Origin: Aulosira sp. ZfuVER01
GTDB lineage: Bacteria; Cyanobacteriota; Cyanobacteriia; Cyanobacteriales; Nostocaceae
Assembly: GCA_034530615.2 (NCBI GenBank)
Contig: JAVRCV020000025.1
Span: forward strand, 161,453 to 225,452
Direction: 5' to 3'
DNA length: 64,000 bases
Shown here piece by piece: positions 29,940 to 40,041 of the stretch. A program made the translations under genes and the position numbers. Positions within the stretch are counted from its first letter, which is position 1; every line of letters begins with the position of its first letter. Under the pieces are notes generated by a model. It had not been told where the DNA came from and did no database searches. It saw nothing but the letters and a program-made list of their open reading frames with translations.

Positions 29940-30848
29940 CTACCATATTTTCCATGTAGTATTACGACCATCTACACAGGCTATCCATTTTTTTGCGTCA
30001 ATCTGGTGAGGGTCAATATGGTGCATCCCTACTTTATTCCAACCCGAACCGCTGGCTTTGATGATTGGATTTTCTTTGACCTCTTTCTCTTCATAATGTG
30101 TCGTTGTTAGCTCAGTTATTTTAAATGCTCGAACTTGTTTACCATAGACACGCTCACAATCTTGGGTATATCTAATAATTTGGTCATCGAATATGACAAC
30201 TCTACCTGCTGGTCTTGCTATGGTTTTATTTCCCTTGATAACAGGACTTTTAGGATGCTCGATCCAGGGACCTGTAATCTCTTGGGAATAGTAGAGACGT
30301 AGAATGTTCCTATCCGCTGATGTTGCTGTAAACAACCACCACATATCGTTGTGTTGAAAAATAGAAGGATCTACAAAGTCATTTTTATCTAGTAAAGTTG
30401 CTACAAATGACCATTGTGTAGGAAAGCTAGTGGCTTTATATAAACGAACAGAGCTTGCTTGAAAAGTCTCTGGAATCATGTAGTAGTCGTCTTGCCACTT
30501 AAATACATATGGGTAAGACAAATGGAAAGGTTCTTGAAGCACAATTTTTTTATAAGTCCAATCCAACCCATCTTTGCTAATTGCTAAACCTATTTCGCCT
30601 AGATTATTGCGGAGATTTAGAACTTCAAAAAACATATACCAATTCCCATTGTCATAAACCATAAATGGGTCAGCAACAAAGTCTGCGGGTACATCAGTTA
30701 CATCCTGAGCAGTTAAAATAGGGTTATTTATATTTTTAGGAGAACTTAATCTCAAAGGAGATTCGCCTGTATAAATTGCAATTGCCCACTCAGAACGTCT
30801 TCTGAGCATCTTTTTAACCAAATTTTTTATAGGCTTAGATAGTTCCAA
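29940..30848 (-). CDS. Five-bladed beta-propeller, GH43-like (GINT1 N-terminal-like) protein
   Basis: FVADPF, HLSYPYVF, YMIPET, FVDPSIF, HPKSPV, ARPAG, MHHID repeats. Confidence 0.7.
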   Translation of the reverse strand: MELSKPIKNLVKKMLRRRSEWAIAIYTGESPLRLSSPKNINNPILTAQDVTDVPADFVADPFMVYDNGNWYMFFEVLNLRNNLGEIGLAISKDGLDWTYKKIVLQEPFHLSYPYVFKWQDDYYMIPETFQASSVRLYKATSFPTQWSFVATLLDKNDFVDPSIFQHNDMWWLFTATSADRNILRLYYSQEITGPWIEHPKSPVIKGNKTIARPAGRVVIFDDQIIRYTQDCERVYGKQVRAFKITELTTTHYEEKEVKENPIIKASGSGWNKVGMHHIDPHQIDAKKWIACVDGRNTTWKIW

Positions 30849-30889
30849 AATAATTCTCCTTTCTTGTTTTTACTGGTTTCATCGCTACA

Positions 30890-32929
30890 TCAATTGACAA
30901 TTGGCACGCCAAATGCCTGAGAATGATTTTGAACTGTATCTATATTTCCTTTTAAGGAATTTAATTGAGGATTAGCTGTCAAATATTTAGGTGTATATTC
31001 AGGGACAATCTGCTTCAGTAAAAACAAAATGGTATGATTATGATTTTTAGCCGCTGCTGTAGATAAAGCCTCCACACTAACAGACAAATTTTTAGCGATC
31101 ATTTTACTGGCATTTTTCACAACAAATAATTTTTCGTGGGGAGTTGGTTCGTATTCTTCTCCTTCAATAAATAGTTCCTCAAATAACTTTTCACCTGGTC
31201 GTAAACCAGTAAATACAATGTCAATGTCTTTGTTTACTTCATATCCTGAAAGGTGAATTAGTTCCTTGGCTAGGTCAACTATTTTTACTGGTTCGCCCAT
31301 ATTCAGCATTAATACTTCACCACTGCGACCAAGTACCACAGCCTGCAAAACTAGTTGTACTGCCTCCGGTATAGTCATGAAATAACGGCAGATATCAGGA
31401 TGGGTAACAGTTACTGGTCCTCCTGCGGCAATTTGTTTTGTGAAGGTAGGAACAACACTACCTCTACTACCTAAAACATTGCCAAAACGCACAGCTACAT
31501 AAGGCCTACCAGTCTCTCTAGCAGCTTGCAGCACTAACATTTCGGCGACTCGCTTACTAGCACCCATGACATTGGTAGGGTTGACTGCCTTGTCTGTAGA
31601 TATCATCACGAAATGCTGGACATTATATTGCTTTGCCAGTTCCAGCAAATTTCTTGTCCCTAGCACATTGTTGCTGATTGCTTCTGCTGGATTTAATTCC
31701 ATCAGAGGAACGTGCTTATGAGCTGCGGCATGAAAAATTACCTCTGGTTGGTATTGCTCAAATGCCTGTTCTAAGCGATACCGAAAACGAATATCAGCAA
31801 TGAATGCAGAAATGCGTGGGGTATTGGGTTGTACTTGGCTATCTTTTCTGATGACTTGGGTAAGTTGTTCTAATTCCTGTTGGATATTGAAGACAGAGTT
31901 TTCGCCATGTCCTATTAGTATCATTTCGGCAGGACGACATTTAAAAATTTGGCGGCAAAGTTCGCTACCAATTGAACCGCCTGCACCGGTAATGATGACT
32001 TTCTTTCCGGCAATAAATTTGGCAACTCTTTCAATATCTGTCTGCACAGATTCGCGTCTGAGTAAGTCTTCAATGCGGACATCGCGAATGCTATCTACTC
32101 GTACACGACCATTGAGGATTTCATGTATGCCAGGTAAGGTGCAAGTTTGAACTCCAGTGGTTTTGCAAATATCGACAATTTCCCTTATCACTTTGCCTGA
32201 AACTGTCGGCATTGCAATGATCGCTTTTTGGATCTGGAGAGATTGCACGGCTTCAGGAATGTGGAAGCGATCGCCTACAACTCGAATCCCACGAATATGT
32301 ACGTTCAATTTCTGCGGATCGTCATCAATGTAAGCTACAGGATAAAAGCCCAATTGGGGACTTCTTTGCATTTCTTGGACGAGGGAAACTCCTGCACTTC
32401 CAGCACCGACTATCAGTACCCTCTCTTTTTGGTGCAAAAATGCTTGTTTTTGGCTAGTTCTTTCTACCGCTCGCACACTAAAACGTAACCCCCCAATAAA
32501 AGTAAAGGAGAGTAATCCGTCAAGAAATGGTAGCGATTGTGGCAGTTTCTCTCTACTTAAATAAGGTATATATTGAAGAACATCAAATAAAAGACTTTGA
32601 ATAACTACTCCAGCCACCATCAGCATGGCTATGTATAGCAGTTCTTCAATACTGGCATAACGCCAGTAACGTCTATAAAAACCAAGATTCCAAAATAAAG
32701 TTAGTTTGACTGCTAAAAAAAGTATTGTTGCAGCTGCTAGCTCTTTGATGTATGCATTTAAGGAAAAATCACCGTCTAAACGAATAATCAGAGCTAATAA
32801 TGGCGTGAGTGCAAACAAAATTATGTCGCACACTAACAAATGTCTGTTTCTCAGCTGTAGTAATCTGTGCAGAAAAGTTTTAGCAACTTTTTGAGCTGCT
32901 GTGTGAAATGTCAGGAGTAAGTTGTTCAT
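30890..32929 (-). CDS. UDP-GlcNAc 4,6-dehydratase (PglF/CapD/EpsC family)
   Basis: N-terminal TMs, GAGSAG, TGAGGSIGSE, HAAAHKHVP, STDKAV, VRFGNVLGSRGSV, GLRPGEKL. Confidence 0.93.
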   Translation of the reverse strand: MNNLLLTFHTAAQKVAKTFLHRLLQLRNRHLLVCDIILFALTPLLALIIRLDGDFSLNAYIKELAAATILFLAVKLTLFWNLGFYRRYWRYASIEELLYIAMLMVAGVVIQSLLFDVLQYIPYLSREKLPQSLPFLDGLLSFTFIGGLRFSVRAVERTSQKQAFLHQKERVLIVGAGSAGVSLVQEMQRSPQLGFYPVAYIDDDPQKLNVHIRGIRVVGDRFHIPEAVQSLQIQKAIIAMPTVSGKVIREIVDICKTTGVQTCTLPGIHEILNGRVRVDSIRDVRIEDLLRRESVQTDIERVAKFIAGKKVIITGAGGSIGSELCRQIFKCRPAEMILIGHGENSVFNIQQELEQLTQVIRKDSQVQPNTPRISAFIADIRFRYRLEQAFEQYQPEVIFHAAAHKHVPLMELNPAEAISNNVLGTRNLLELAKQYNVQHFVMISTDKAVNPTNVMGASKRVAEMLVLQAARETGRPYVAVRFGNVLGSRGSVVPTFTKQIAAGGPVTVTHPDICRYFMTIPEAVQLVLQAVVLGRSGEVLMLNMGEPVKIVDLAKELIHLSGYEVNKDIDIVFTGLRPGEKLFEELFIEGEEYEPTPHEKLFVVKNASKMIAKNLSVSVEALSTAAAKNHNHTILFLLKQIVPEYTPKYLTANPQLNSLKGNIDTVQNHSQAFGVPIVN

Positions 32930-34316
32930 GCTCGTAAAGCTATTTAACCCTGGTAGCTTGCCTATATTTGCATCTTTGCTGTTAAAGCCTAAAAGCTTTA
33001 ATTTGTATCAGCAGGGGAAAAATTGTAATTTTACTTTATAGTGAAAAGCCTTGTGCTATAAGGCTTCAATCACAAGCACATTACAATTTTGCCATTATCA
33101 GGTATTAAATTTTGATTTTTCTCTGCTGGCGGAATTAAAAACCTTGAGATATTTAATAACAACAAATGCGTTATTGGCTTTTTCGCAAAAATTATTGCGA
33201 TCTCAATTATTTAACAGTAGGGCTTAATATGTATATTATTTTTTATACCTACTGATGTGGTTAGACAACCGAGATAAACCTATAAGTTTTCTGAACTGGC
33301 TTATGGACAGTTGCCAGCAATGCATACATGATATCAGATCATGGATGTGCATTTTAAAACTAGTTATTCAGTGCATCCTAATTTTGGAAAACAATATCTG
33401 ACAAATGAATGTCGTTTCTAAAACCAACTAAAAATTGAGTACGTCGTATCACAAAATTGTTTTTAGCCTAGTTGATTCGGCTATTCTGTGGAACGCACTT
33501 TTGCGGCATATTTGTGCAAAAGTTAATTCCTATCTCAAGAAAATTTTCCAAAATGAGGCACACCTTGTTTATCGCGTCATACATTTAAACTTTAGTTTCC
33601 CACACGATTGTGTTAGGTATATCAAATTTCCTACTTTATTGAGTTTTACCAGCGATAAACAATGAATGTCAAACTAGCTTATTGTTATTTAGTTTGTCAA
33701 AAGTCGACTTAATTGTTAATTTTAGCTTTTGAGACTAGTATGTATCCTCCTATAGATAGATAAAACATAGATTAGCGAAAGTTGTTTTAGTTTCTCTGGA
33801 ACTATTATCACTTTATTATACTGAATGTATGTATCAGTTTATAAAATGCAATATCTGAGAATTTACGCTTGTATTTGATTTTTTATCATCTTTTGCTGAG
33901 TTTATTTATATAGATTTTATGAAATGACCTACTTGGGATCGGGAAATATGTATAGATTTTATAAAGCCCAACATTTGACACGATAATCCTGAGAATTTAG
34001 CTCCTGCTATCAAGCATCTATCAAGCCATTTGCTAGCTATATGAGCCTTCCTGAGGATCATTGTTTTTTTCAAAAGAATATCAAGCATATTGCTGAGTTT
34101 TGATATTCCACTCAGAAGAATATACCTCTATAAGCGGTTGACAATTTATCTATTTTCAAAGATAGATAAAGGATAAAAGCTGGGAGTAGGGGAAGCTTAG
34201 GGTCTCTACGAAGTGGGGATTAGGCGCTACTACTACCGCTACGCTAATACTGCACTGCCTCCCCCATACCCAAAAACTACATCCCTCTGTGGGTGGAATT
34301 TTTCATTTGCAAGTCC

Positions 34317-35198
34317 CTAATTCATTCCTTTTCTTACCAAATCTGGAATTTGAGAAGGACGTTCGGCTACTGGAACTTCTGCTTCTTGGAAAGCAGCTAA
34401 TTTATTTTGCGCTGTACCAAAGTGAGGGTCGCGTCCGATAATTGTTGCTAAAGTGCCGGTTTGACGCCAATGTTTTCCCGGTGGCGCTTGTCTACCTGCA
34501 ATGTAGGCAATAACTGGTTTATCAATTGCTTCAGCAATGTAGCGTGCTGCTGCTTCTTCACTACCACCACCAGGTTGACCTACTAAGACGATCGCTTGTG
34601 TAGTTTCATCTTCATCAAGAATTTGCAACCATTGCAGAAATGATGAACCAACGATCGCATCACTACCAATACTGACACTGATTGACTGCCCTAAACCTGC
34701 TTTGGTTAATTCCCAGGCAATTTCGTAGGTAAGGGTACTGCTACGGCTGACAATTCCTACTGAGCCAGGGGTATAAAATTCACTGGGGTGAGTGCCTAAA
34801 AGAATTTTGCCCGGTACAATGATTCCTGGGCTGTTAGGCCCTACTACCAGGGTTTCCAGGGACTCGGCTTTCCGCAGTAATTGCACCATATCCAAGGGAG
34901 GCACGCCAGCAGAGATAATGATAATCTGGCGAATATTAGAGGCGATCGCTTCCAATGCTGCATCTAATACTTGATAAGGGTTGACACAAATAATTGTGGT
35001 GTCAATTGGCCCAAATTGTTTTACTACCTCCTCAACCAAATCAAATACTGGAAGATTGTATAGTTTTTGTCCACCAAATCCAGGATTTACACCAGCAACC
35101 AAATTAGTACCATAAGCTTTCATTTGAGTAACATGAGTTGCTGAGATAAATTCACTGAACCCTTGGATTAACACTTTACTGTCTGGCGTTAAGTTCAT
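34317..35198 (-). CDS. sucD: Succinyl-CoA synthetase alpha-like subunit (catalytic motifs altered)
   Basis: KVLIQG, AYGTNLVAGVNPG, GPNSPG, SRSSTL, KPVIAYIAG; the MGHAGA motif is replaced by WRQTGT. Confidence 0.85.
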   Translation of the reverse strand: MNLTPDSKVLIQGFSEFISATHVTQMKAYGTNLVAGVNPGFGGQKLYNLPVFDLVEEVVKQFGPIDTTIICVNPYQVLDAALEAIASNIRQIIIISAGVPPLDMVQLLRKAESLETLVVGPNSPGIIVPGKILLGTHPSEFYTPGSVGIVSRSSTLTYEIAWELTKAGLGQSISVSIGSDAIVGSSFLQWLQILDEDETTQAIVLVGQPGGGSEEAAARYIAEAIDKPVIAYIAGRQAPPGKHWRQTGTLATIIGRDPHFGTAQNKLAAFQEAEVPVAERPSQIPDLVRKGMN

Positions 35199-35531
35199 AA
35201 AAAATTACGGTAAATTTGACATCCCAGCACCAGAAGTTACAGGGAAGAGATTGACACATACATGGTGTCATATAATGCCATTTTGACTAAAATTTATAAT
35301 TATTGTCTTTAAACAGTGATTAAATTTTGCTCATCTTGAGAGGATATTAAAAAAGTATTGCACAACACATCAACTTATTGCTGATTCCCCGGAGTTATCT
35401 GATCGGTGAGAAGATTGTATATCTCTATTTCAGACAAGGCTAAGGCGGGGATCTATGCAGTTAAAATGTTGATAAAAATACTTCTTAAACATCCTCATTG
35501 CAGAGCTTTTGAGAGAAACGGTAAAATCTGA

Positions 35532-36758
35532 CTACCTTTTATAAGTAGTTGACTTGGCCAGACGAACTGATTCCGCTACTGCCTCATCTAAATTTTCTAC
35601 TAATATCAGGGTGTCGCCTTGAGTTTTAAGTGTGGCTAAGTATTTTCTCGCTACATTGAACTCAGAACCAGCAAGGCGGACAACTAAGCGAGGCAAACTG
35701 CTTTCACGCCGATGTTTGCTGCCATTAGTACGTACAGGCTGGGATTTAACTTCACTTTTGTCTTGCTGCAAGAATTTACTAATCACTTCAGCAAATTCCT
35801 CAGATTGCGGAATGCTGCCTAAGAGGTTAACTAGTATCACCTGAATACTTTTATCAGCAGACAGAATTTTCAAACTTGTATCTAGGCGATCGCAGAATGT
35901 AGTCTCAGAAGTATCCGTTACAAAAGCATGACGCAGATTTAAACACACTCCAGGCTTACCACCAGCATTGACGACTAAATCTAAAGTTGCCAACACTGAA
36001 CCTGTACCATTACCAAGAATGCCGATTTTACCGTGCATTTCTATCCCATCCCACTTACTCAAATGGCCGTTAGTCTCACTATAGTGATGAGTTTTGACTA
36101 TTTTTGCTGCCATTTGGGCAATGTTTGGATGACGCCCAATTGCCCGTTCGTTAACCCTAACCTTACCATTGAGAGCCATTACTTGGCCGGAGGCACTAAC
36201 TGCAAGGGGATTAATTTCTACTAAGTCTAGGTCTTTTTGGATAAACAACTGATACATTTTCTCGATTACATGACTAATCGATTGCATCAGCGTACCTTCT
36301 AAACCCAGTTTTAAGGCCAATCTGCGGGCATAAAATGGAGAAAATTCTTGTTCTACAACAACATACTCCATTTTTTCTCCTGCCGATTCCCAATCAATAT
36401 CTGCTTCTTTGCAACCTAAAAGTACTGGTCGGCAGACAGCGGTATCTAAAACCACAGCTAAATATAATTCTTGCTTGGTATCGTATTTTGACTCTGCCAG
36501 CAGAACTTCGGGTAACTCCCCCCAAATCGGTAAATTGAAGATAGTTTGGGCTGCGGCGATCGCATCGATTGTTGTTTCAACAATCCTCACTCCACCCGCT
36601 TTGGCCCGTTCAGCTGCGTGTACTTGAGATTTTAGTACAACTGGGTAGCGAATCTTCAACCGCTTTAAATCCGTGGGATGGTCAATTCTTTGGGAGGGCA
36701 ATACAGGAATGCCTATTTCTCCAAACCATTCTTTTACTTGGTACTCCAATAAATCCAT
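35532..36758 (-). CDS. sucC: Succinyl-CoA synthetase beta-like subunit (divergent)
   Basis: MDLLEYQVKE, KSQVHAAERAKAGGV, LVEINPL, GNGTGS, VRLAG. Confidence 0.85.
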   Translation of the reverse strand: MDLLEYQVKEWFGEIGIPVLPSQRIDHPTDLKRLKIRYPVVLKSQVHAAERAKAGGVRIVETTIDAIAAAQTIFNLPIWGELPEVLLAESKYDTKQELYLAVVLDTAVCRPVLLGCKEADIDWESAGEKMEYVVVEQEFSPFYARRLALKLGLEGTLMQSISHVIEKMYQLFIQKDLDLVEINPLAVSASGQVMALNGKVRVNERAIGRHPNIAQMAAKIVKTHHYSETNGHLSKWDGIEMHGKIGILGNGTGSVLATLDLVVNAGGKPGVCLNLRHAFVTDTSETTFCDRLDTSLKILSADKSIQVILVNLLGSIPQSEEFAEVISKFLQQDKSEVKSQPVRTNGSKHRRESSLPRLVVRLAGSEFNVARKYLATLKTQGDTLILVENLDEAVAESVRLAKSTTYKR

Positions 36759-37555
36759 TGATACGCACCTGGTAGCGACACTTGCACAGTATTTTTTTGA
36801 AAATTGTCTTTAATCTTTCACAGCACCCTAATTACACAATTTTGCTATAGATACTTATTAACATTTATTTTTCAACGATCAATTTTATCGAATTCAGTAA
36901 ATTTGGTAAATTAAATTGCTTACGAAAAATCCGCGGCATTGCCACAAGACGTTATTAATCTCCTCAGTAATTTTCCCAGGATGTCAGGGAAGCAACATAC
37001 TCATAAAAACCCCCTAAGTAATGTAGATTTAGTTTTTCTACATTACTAGTGTAGAGTGTGAAGCGCTATCGCGTAACGCATCACTCTCAATTATTGGTAC
37101 TTTAGGTTAGTCATCAGGCAACTGAAAACATTCAATTTAGAGATTTTATCCCTATTAGTAACATAATCTTATTTGCTTTACTGGGGGATAATTTTGTCAC
37201 CACTATAGTGCAAAAGCTGAATTGAATATCAGTAGCAGCTATACATTTCACCTTAGATGTAAAGCAGTGAAAATACCCAAAAATTTTATTATTCCCATTT
37301 TTTAGCTGTAATTGATACTTTTAGCAGAATTGTCAAATCAGACTTTTATCAGTAGCAAATTGCAGAGAGGAGAAAAATCTCTCTCTGCTTTCTTGATTTT
37401 TGGTGAAAACTCAGAATTTGTGTTAGAAAGTTGGTCAATCTAATTATCTGGCTCTGGTTGGTTAAACTGTGCATCTGCATTCAACAAACGAAAGTCCTAC
37501 CTTTCCCAGTCTCGAAGATAAGAAAAACAATATAGAAGAACAGCGGGAACGCTCT

Positions 37556-39547
37556 ATGACAGTAGCAGTTCAACAGGAAGACTTACAGCTGTTAACCAAA
37601 ACTTTGCAGGAATTATTCCTGGCCGAAGTTCCTTCTGGTGGAGTCTTCCAAGTGAAGTGTGCCGTCAATAATGACGGACTGATGATACTAATTCAACATC
37701 CAGTAGGTTTAACAGTTGACACTCAAACAGTCTTTCAAGTAATTGAAGACACAATCCGGTCGCTGCCAACTCAAGCAGAGCAAAATGTGGAATGCTTTTT
37801 GAGAGTATTGGGTGAAAAACGTCCTTATACCAAACGTTCCCTCTATATTAGTCAAAGGGTAGAATTGGATGAAATTAATCTTTACTCGACTCTACAAGCA
37901 AATGATTTGCAAGAGTCTACAGAGAACTCCTCTGGTAATAGGTTAATTTTCCCTCCCTTTTCTATCCCCACCTCAGCAGCATCAAGCGATGAGGCTGATT
38001 CACCATTTTCACAAAGCATCCCAGCAAGTTCATCAAGCGATGAGTTTGATTCGCCATTCGCCCGTCCTTTCTCGGACGTATCAAGCGATGAGGCTGATTC
38101 ACCATTCGCACAGAATATCTCAGCCGCTTCATTCATGGATGAGACGGATTCATCATTCGCGCCTTCTACCTCAGCAGATGCATCTGATGAAACTGAGCAT
38201 GAAGAACCGTTCGATCCCTTTGCTGGCTCACCAGATTTATTAACTTCTAAGCGAGCAAAACCAATCAAAGCGATGTTGATCGGTGCAGCTTGTGTAGGAA
38301 TTGTTGTGTTAGCTGGCGGAGCTTACCTTCTGAGCAGTCCTTGCCTGATCTCAGAGTGTAAAGCAATACAAACTGCGGAGCAACTAAAAACTGAATCTAG
38401 ACGATTGATGCGCAATGCTAAATCGGAAAAAGAATTAGTAACAGTGCAACAGCAACTAGAAGCATCAAGCTCAGACTTAGAACAGATTCCCTCTTGGTCT
38501 CCCCAATACCAAAAAGCAGAGGAACTCAAAGTCAGTTTATCTGGGTCGTCAGAAAAAATCGATCAGGTAGTCAAAGCTTTGCAAGCAGCATCCTTGGCGA
38601 TGAGTAAAAGTAAAACCTCTAGCAACAGCCTAGAGGAATTGCAAGCTATACAAAAACTTTGGCGAAGAGCGATCGCACCATTAGAAGCAATCGGTGCCAA
38701 TAGCGAATTGTACAATTTGGCGCAGGTGAAATTACTAGGTTATCGTGTTGAATTGAAGACTGTTAATCAGCAATTGCTAGGGGCAGAAAAATGGTTGAAG
38801 AAACTTAATGCTGCTAAAGCTGTAGCTGTTGCTGCCAGTCAGCAAGAAGCCAATATTAAATCATTGCGCGATCTCCAAAAGTTGCAGTCTACTTGGCAGG
38901 TAGCAGTTAATGCATTGAATATTATTCCCCGGAATAGTTCAGCATACCAAGAAGCACAAACACTGTTAGGAGAATATAAACCAAAATTAGCAGCAGCACG
39001 CGATCGCAACACTAAAGAACAATTAGCTTTCAAAACTTACCAACAGGCGATTAGCACTGCCAACCAAGCTAAGGCCTATGAGCAAAAGCAACAATGGCAA
39101 CCAGCGGTACTTCAATGGGAACAAGCTTTGCAGTCTGCCAAACAAATTTCTGAAGATAGTTTTCAATATCGTCTGGCTCAACCATTAATTGAACCCTACT
39201 CTGCTGCCCTCAAACAAGCACAAGCAAAATTAGAAACTGCTAATAGTTTGCAACAAACCCGCACGGATCTAAATAAACTGTGTACCAATGGAATGCGGAT
39301 TTGTACTTTTACTATAGATAATCGTGGCATTACTGTGCAGTTAACCCGTGAATATGACCTAGCACGGCAAAGTACAAATACTTCACCTAATGCTAATCCT
39401 GCAAAATCAAATGTAATTGCTGATGGAAATCAACACTTGCAGATGTTACAGCAAGCGCTGGGAGTCATTAGTGATAATGCTCAACTATCTTTGTCTGTCT
39501 ACGATTCCCAAGGTAAACCAGTATATACGCGATCGCTCGAAGGTTAA
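37556..39547 (+). CDS. Hypothetical single-pass membrane protein with acidic Ser-rich repeats and a helical/coiled-coil C-terminus
   Basis: Long ORF (track start 37469; ATG at 37556 preferred); TM segment MLIGAACVGIVVLAGGAYLL; repeated W..A helical units. Confidence 0.8.
   Translation: MTVAVQQEDLQLLTKTLQELFLAEVPSGGVFQVKCAVNNDGLMILIQHPVGLTVDTQTVFQVIEDTIRSLPTQAEQNVECFLRVLGEKRPYTKRSLYISQRVELDEINLYSTLQANDLQESTENSSGNRLIFPPFSIPTSAASSDEADSPFSQSIPASSSSDEFDSPFARPFSDVSSDEADSPFAQNISAASFMDETDSSFAPSTSADASDETEHEEPFDPFAGSPDLLTSKRAKPIKAMLIGAACVGIVVLAGGAYLLSSPCLISECKAIQTAEQLKTESRRLMRNAKSEKELVTVQQQLEASSSDLEQIPSWSPQYQKAEELKVSLSGSSEKIDQVVKALQAASLAMSKSKTSSNSLEELQAIQKLWRRAIAPLEAIGANSELYNLAQVKLLGYRVELKTVNQQLLGAEKWLKKLNAAKAVAVAASQQEANIKSLRDLQKLQSTWQVAVNALNIIPRNSSAYQEAQTLLGEYKPKLAAARDRNTKEQLAFKTYQQAISTANQAKAYEQKQQWQPAVLQWEQALQSAKQISEDSFQYRLAQPLIEPYSAALKQAQAKLETANSLQQTRTDLNKLCTNGMRICTFTIDNRGITVQLTREYDLARQSTNTSPNANPAKSNVIADGNQHLQMLQQALGVISDNAQLSLSVYDSQGKPVYTRSLEG
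37979..38190 (+). repeat. Intragenic ~50-bp (16-17 aa) tandem repeat, 4-5 degenerate copies
   Basis: TCAAGCGATGAGGCTGATTCACCATT recurs; protein SSDEADSPF / SSDEFDSPF / SSDEADSPF / FMDETDSSF. Confidence 0.8.
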
Positions 39548-39559
39548 GCATAGCAAACA

Positions 39560-39585
39560 GTAGGGTTGGGCAATGTCCACCCTAC
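39560..39585. repeat. GTAG-bounded palindromic REP/SDR-like element
   Basis: GTAGGGTTGGGCAATGTCCACCCTAC, an imperfect palindrome 12 nt after the stop of the upstream gene. Confidence 0.7.
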
Positions 39586-39756
39586 GAAATCATTTAGATA
39601 TGGATGTATGCAATTCAGTACGAGTTTTGTTTGTAGTAACAAAACTTCATCATTATTGAGTATTTTTAATCCAAATCTCCAAAATCAACCAACAGATGCA
39701 AACATTAAACTCAAACTAAATCTGATTTTCTTAATTTTGAATTTTAAATTGGTATT

Positions 39757-39996
39757 ATGGCTTCTGGAATTTATGCGATCGCAAACATTGGTCGTTTTAA
39801 ACTCTTTGTTGGCGATGTCACTAGTATAAAAGTTTTATGGCCTCCAATACTAAATATGCTCAACACTGGCACGTATCCTCATGCAGCGTTGCAACAAGAG
39901 TGGCAGCAATTCGGAAAGTTGCGCCGTTTCACATTTCACACTCACAAAGAAATTGCAGGCGATCGCGAGATTATTGGCATTGAAAATTTGCAATAA
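39757..39996 (+). CDS. Small GIY-YIG-like protein
   Basis: MASGIYAIAN...KLFVG...W...L..GTY....LQQEW pattern resembles the GIY-YIG core. Confidence 0.6.
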   Translation: MASGIYAIANIGRFKLFVGDVTSIKVLWPPILNMLNTGTYPHAALQQEWQQFGKLRRFTFHTHKEIAGDREIIGIENLQ

Positions 39997-40041
39997 TCTC
40001 AATTTACCAAAATCACTATGCATAATGCGTCATCGTTGAAA

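Noticed and set aside
37882..38268. 128-aa antisense ORF and 84-aa alternate-frame ORF
   Set aside because: Shadows of the Ser/Asp-rich repeat in the + strand gene.
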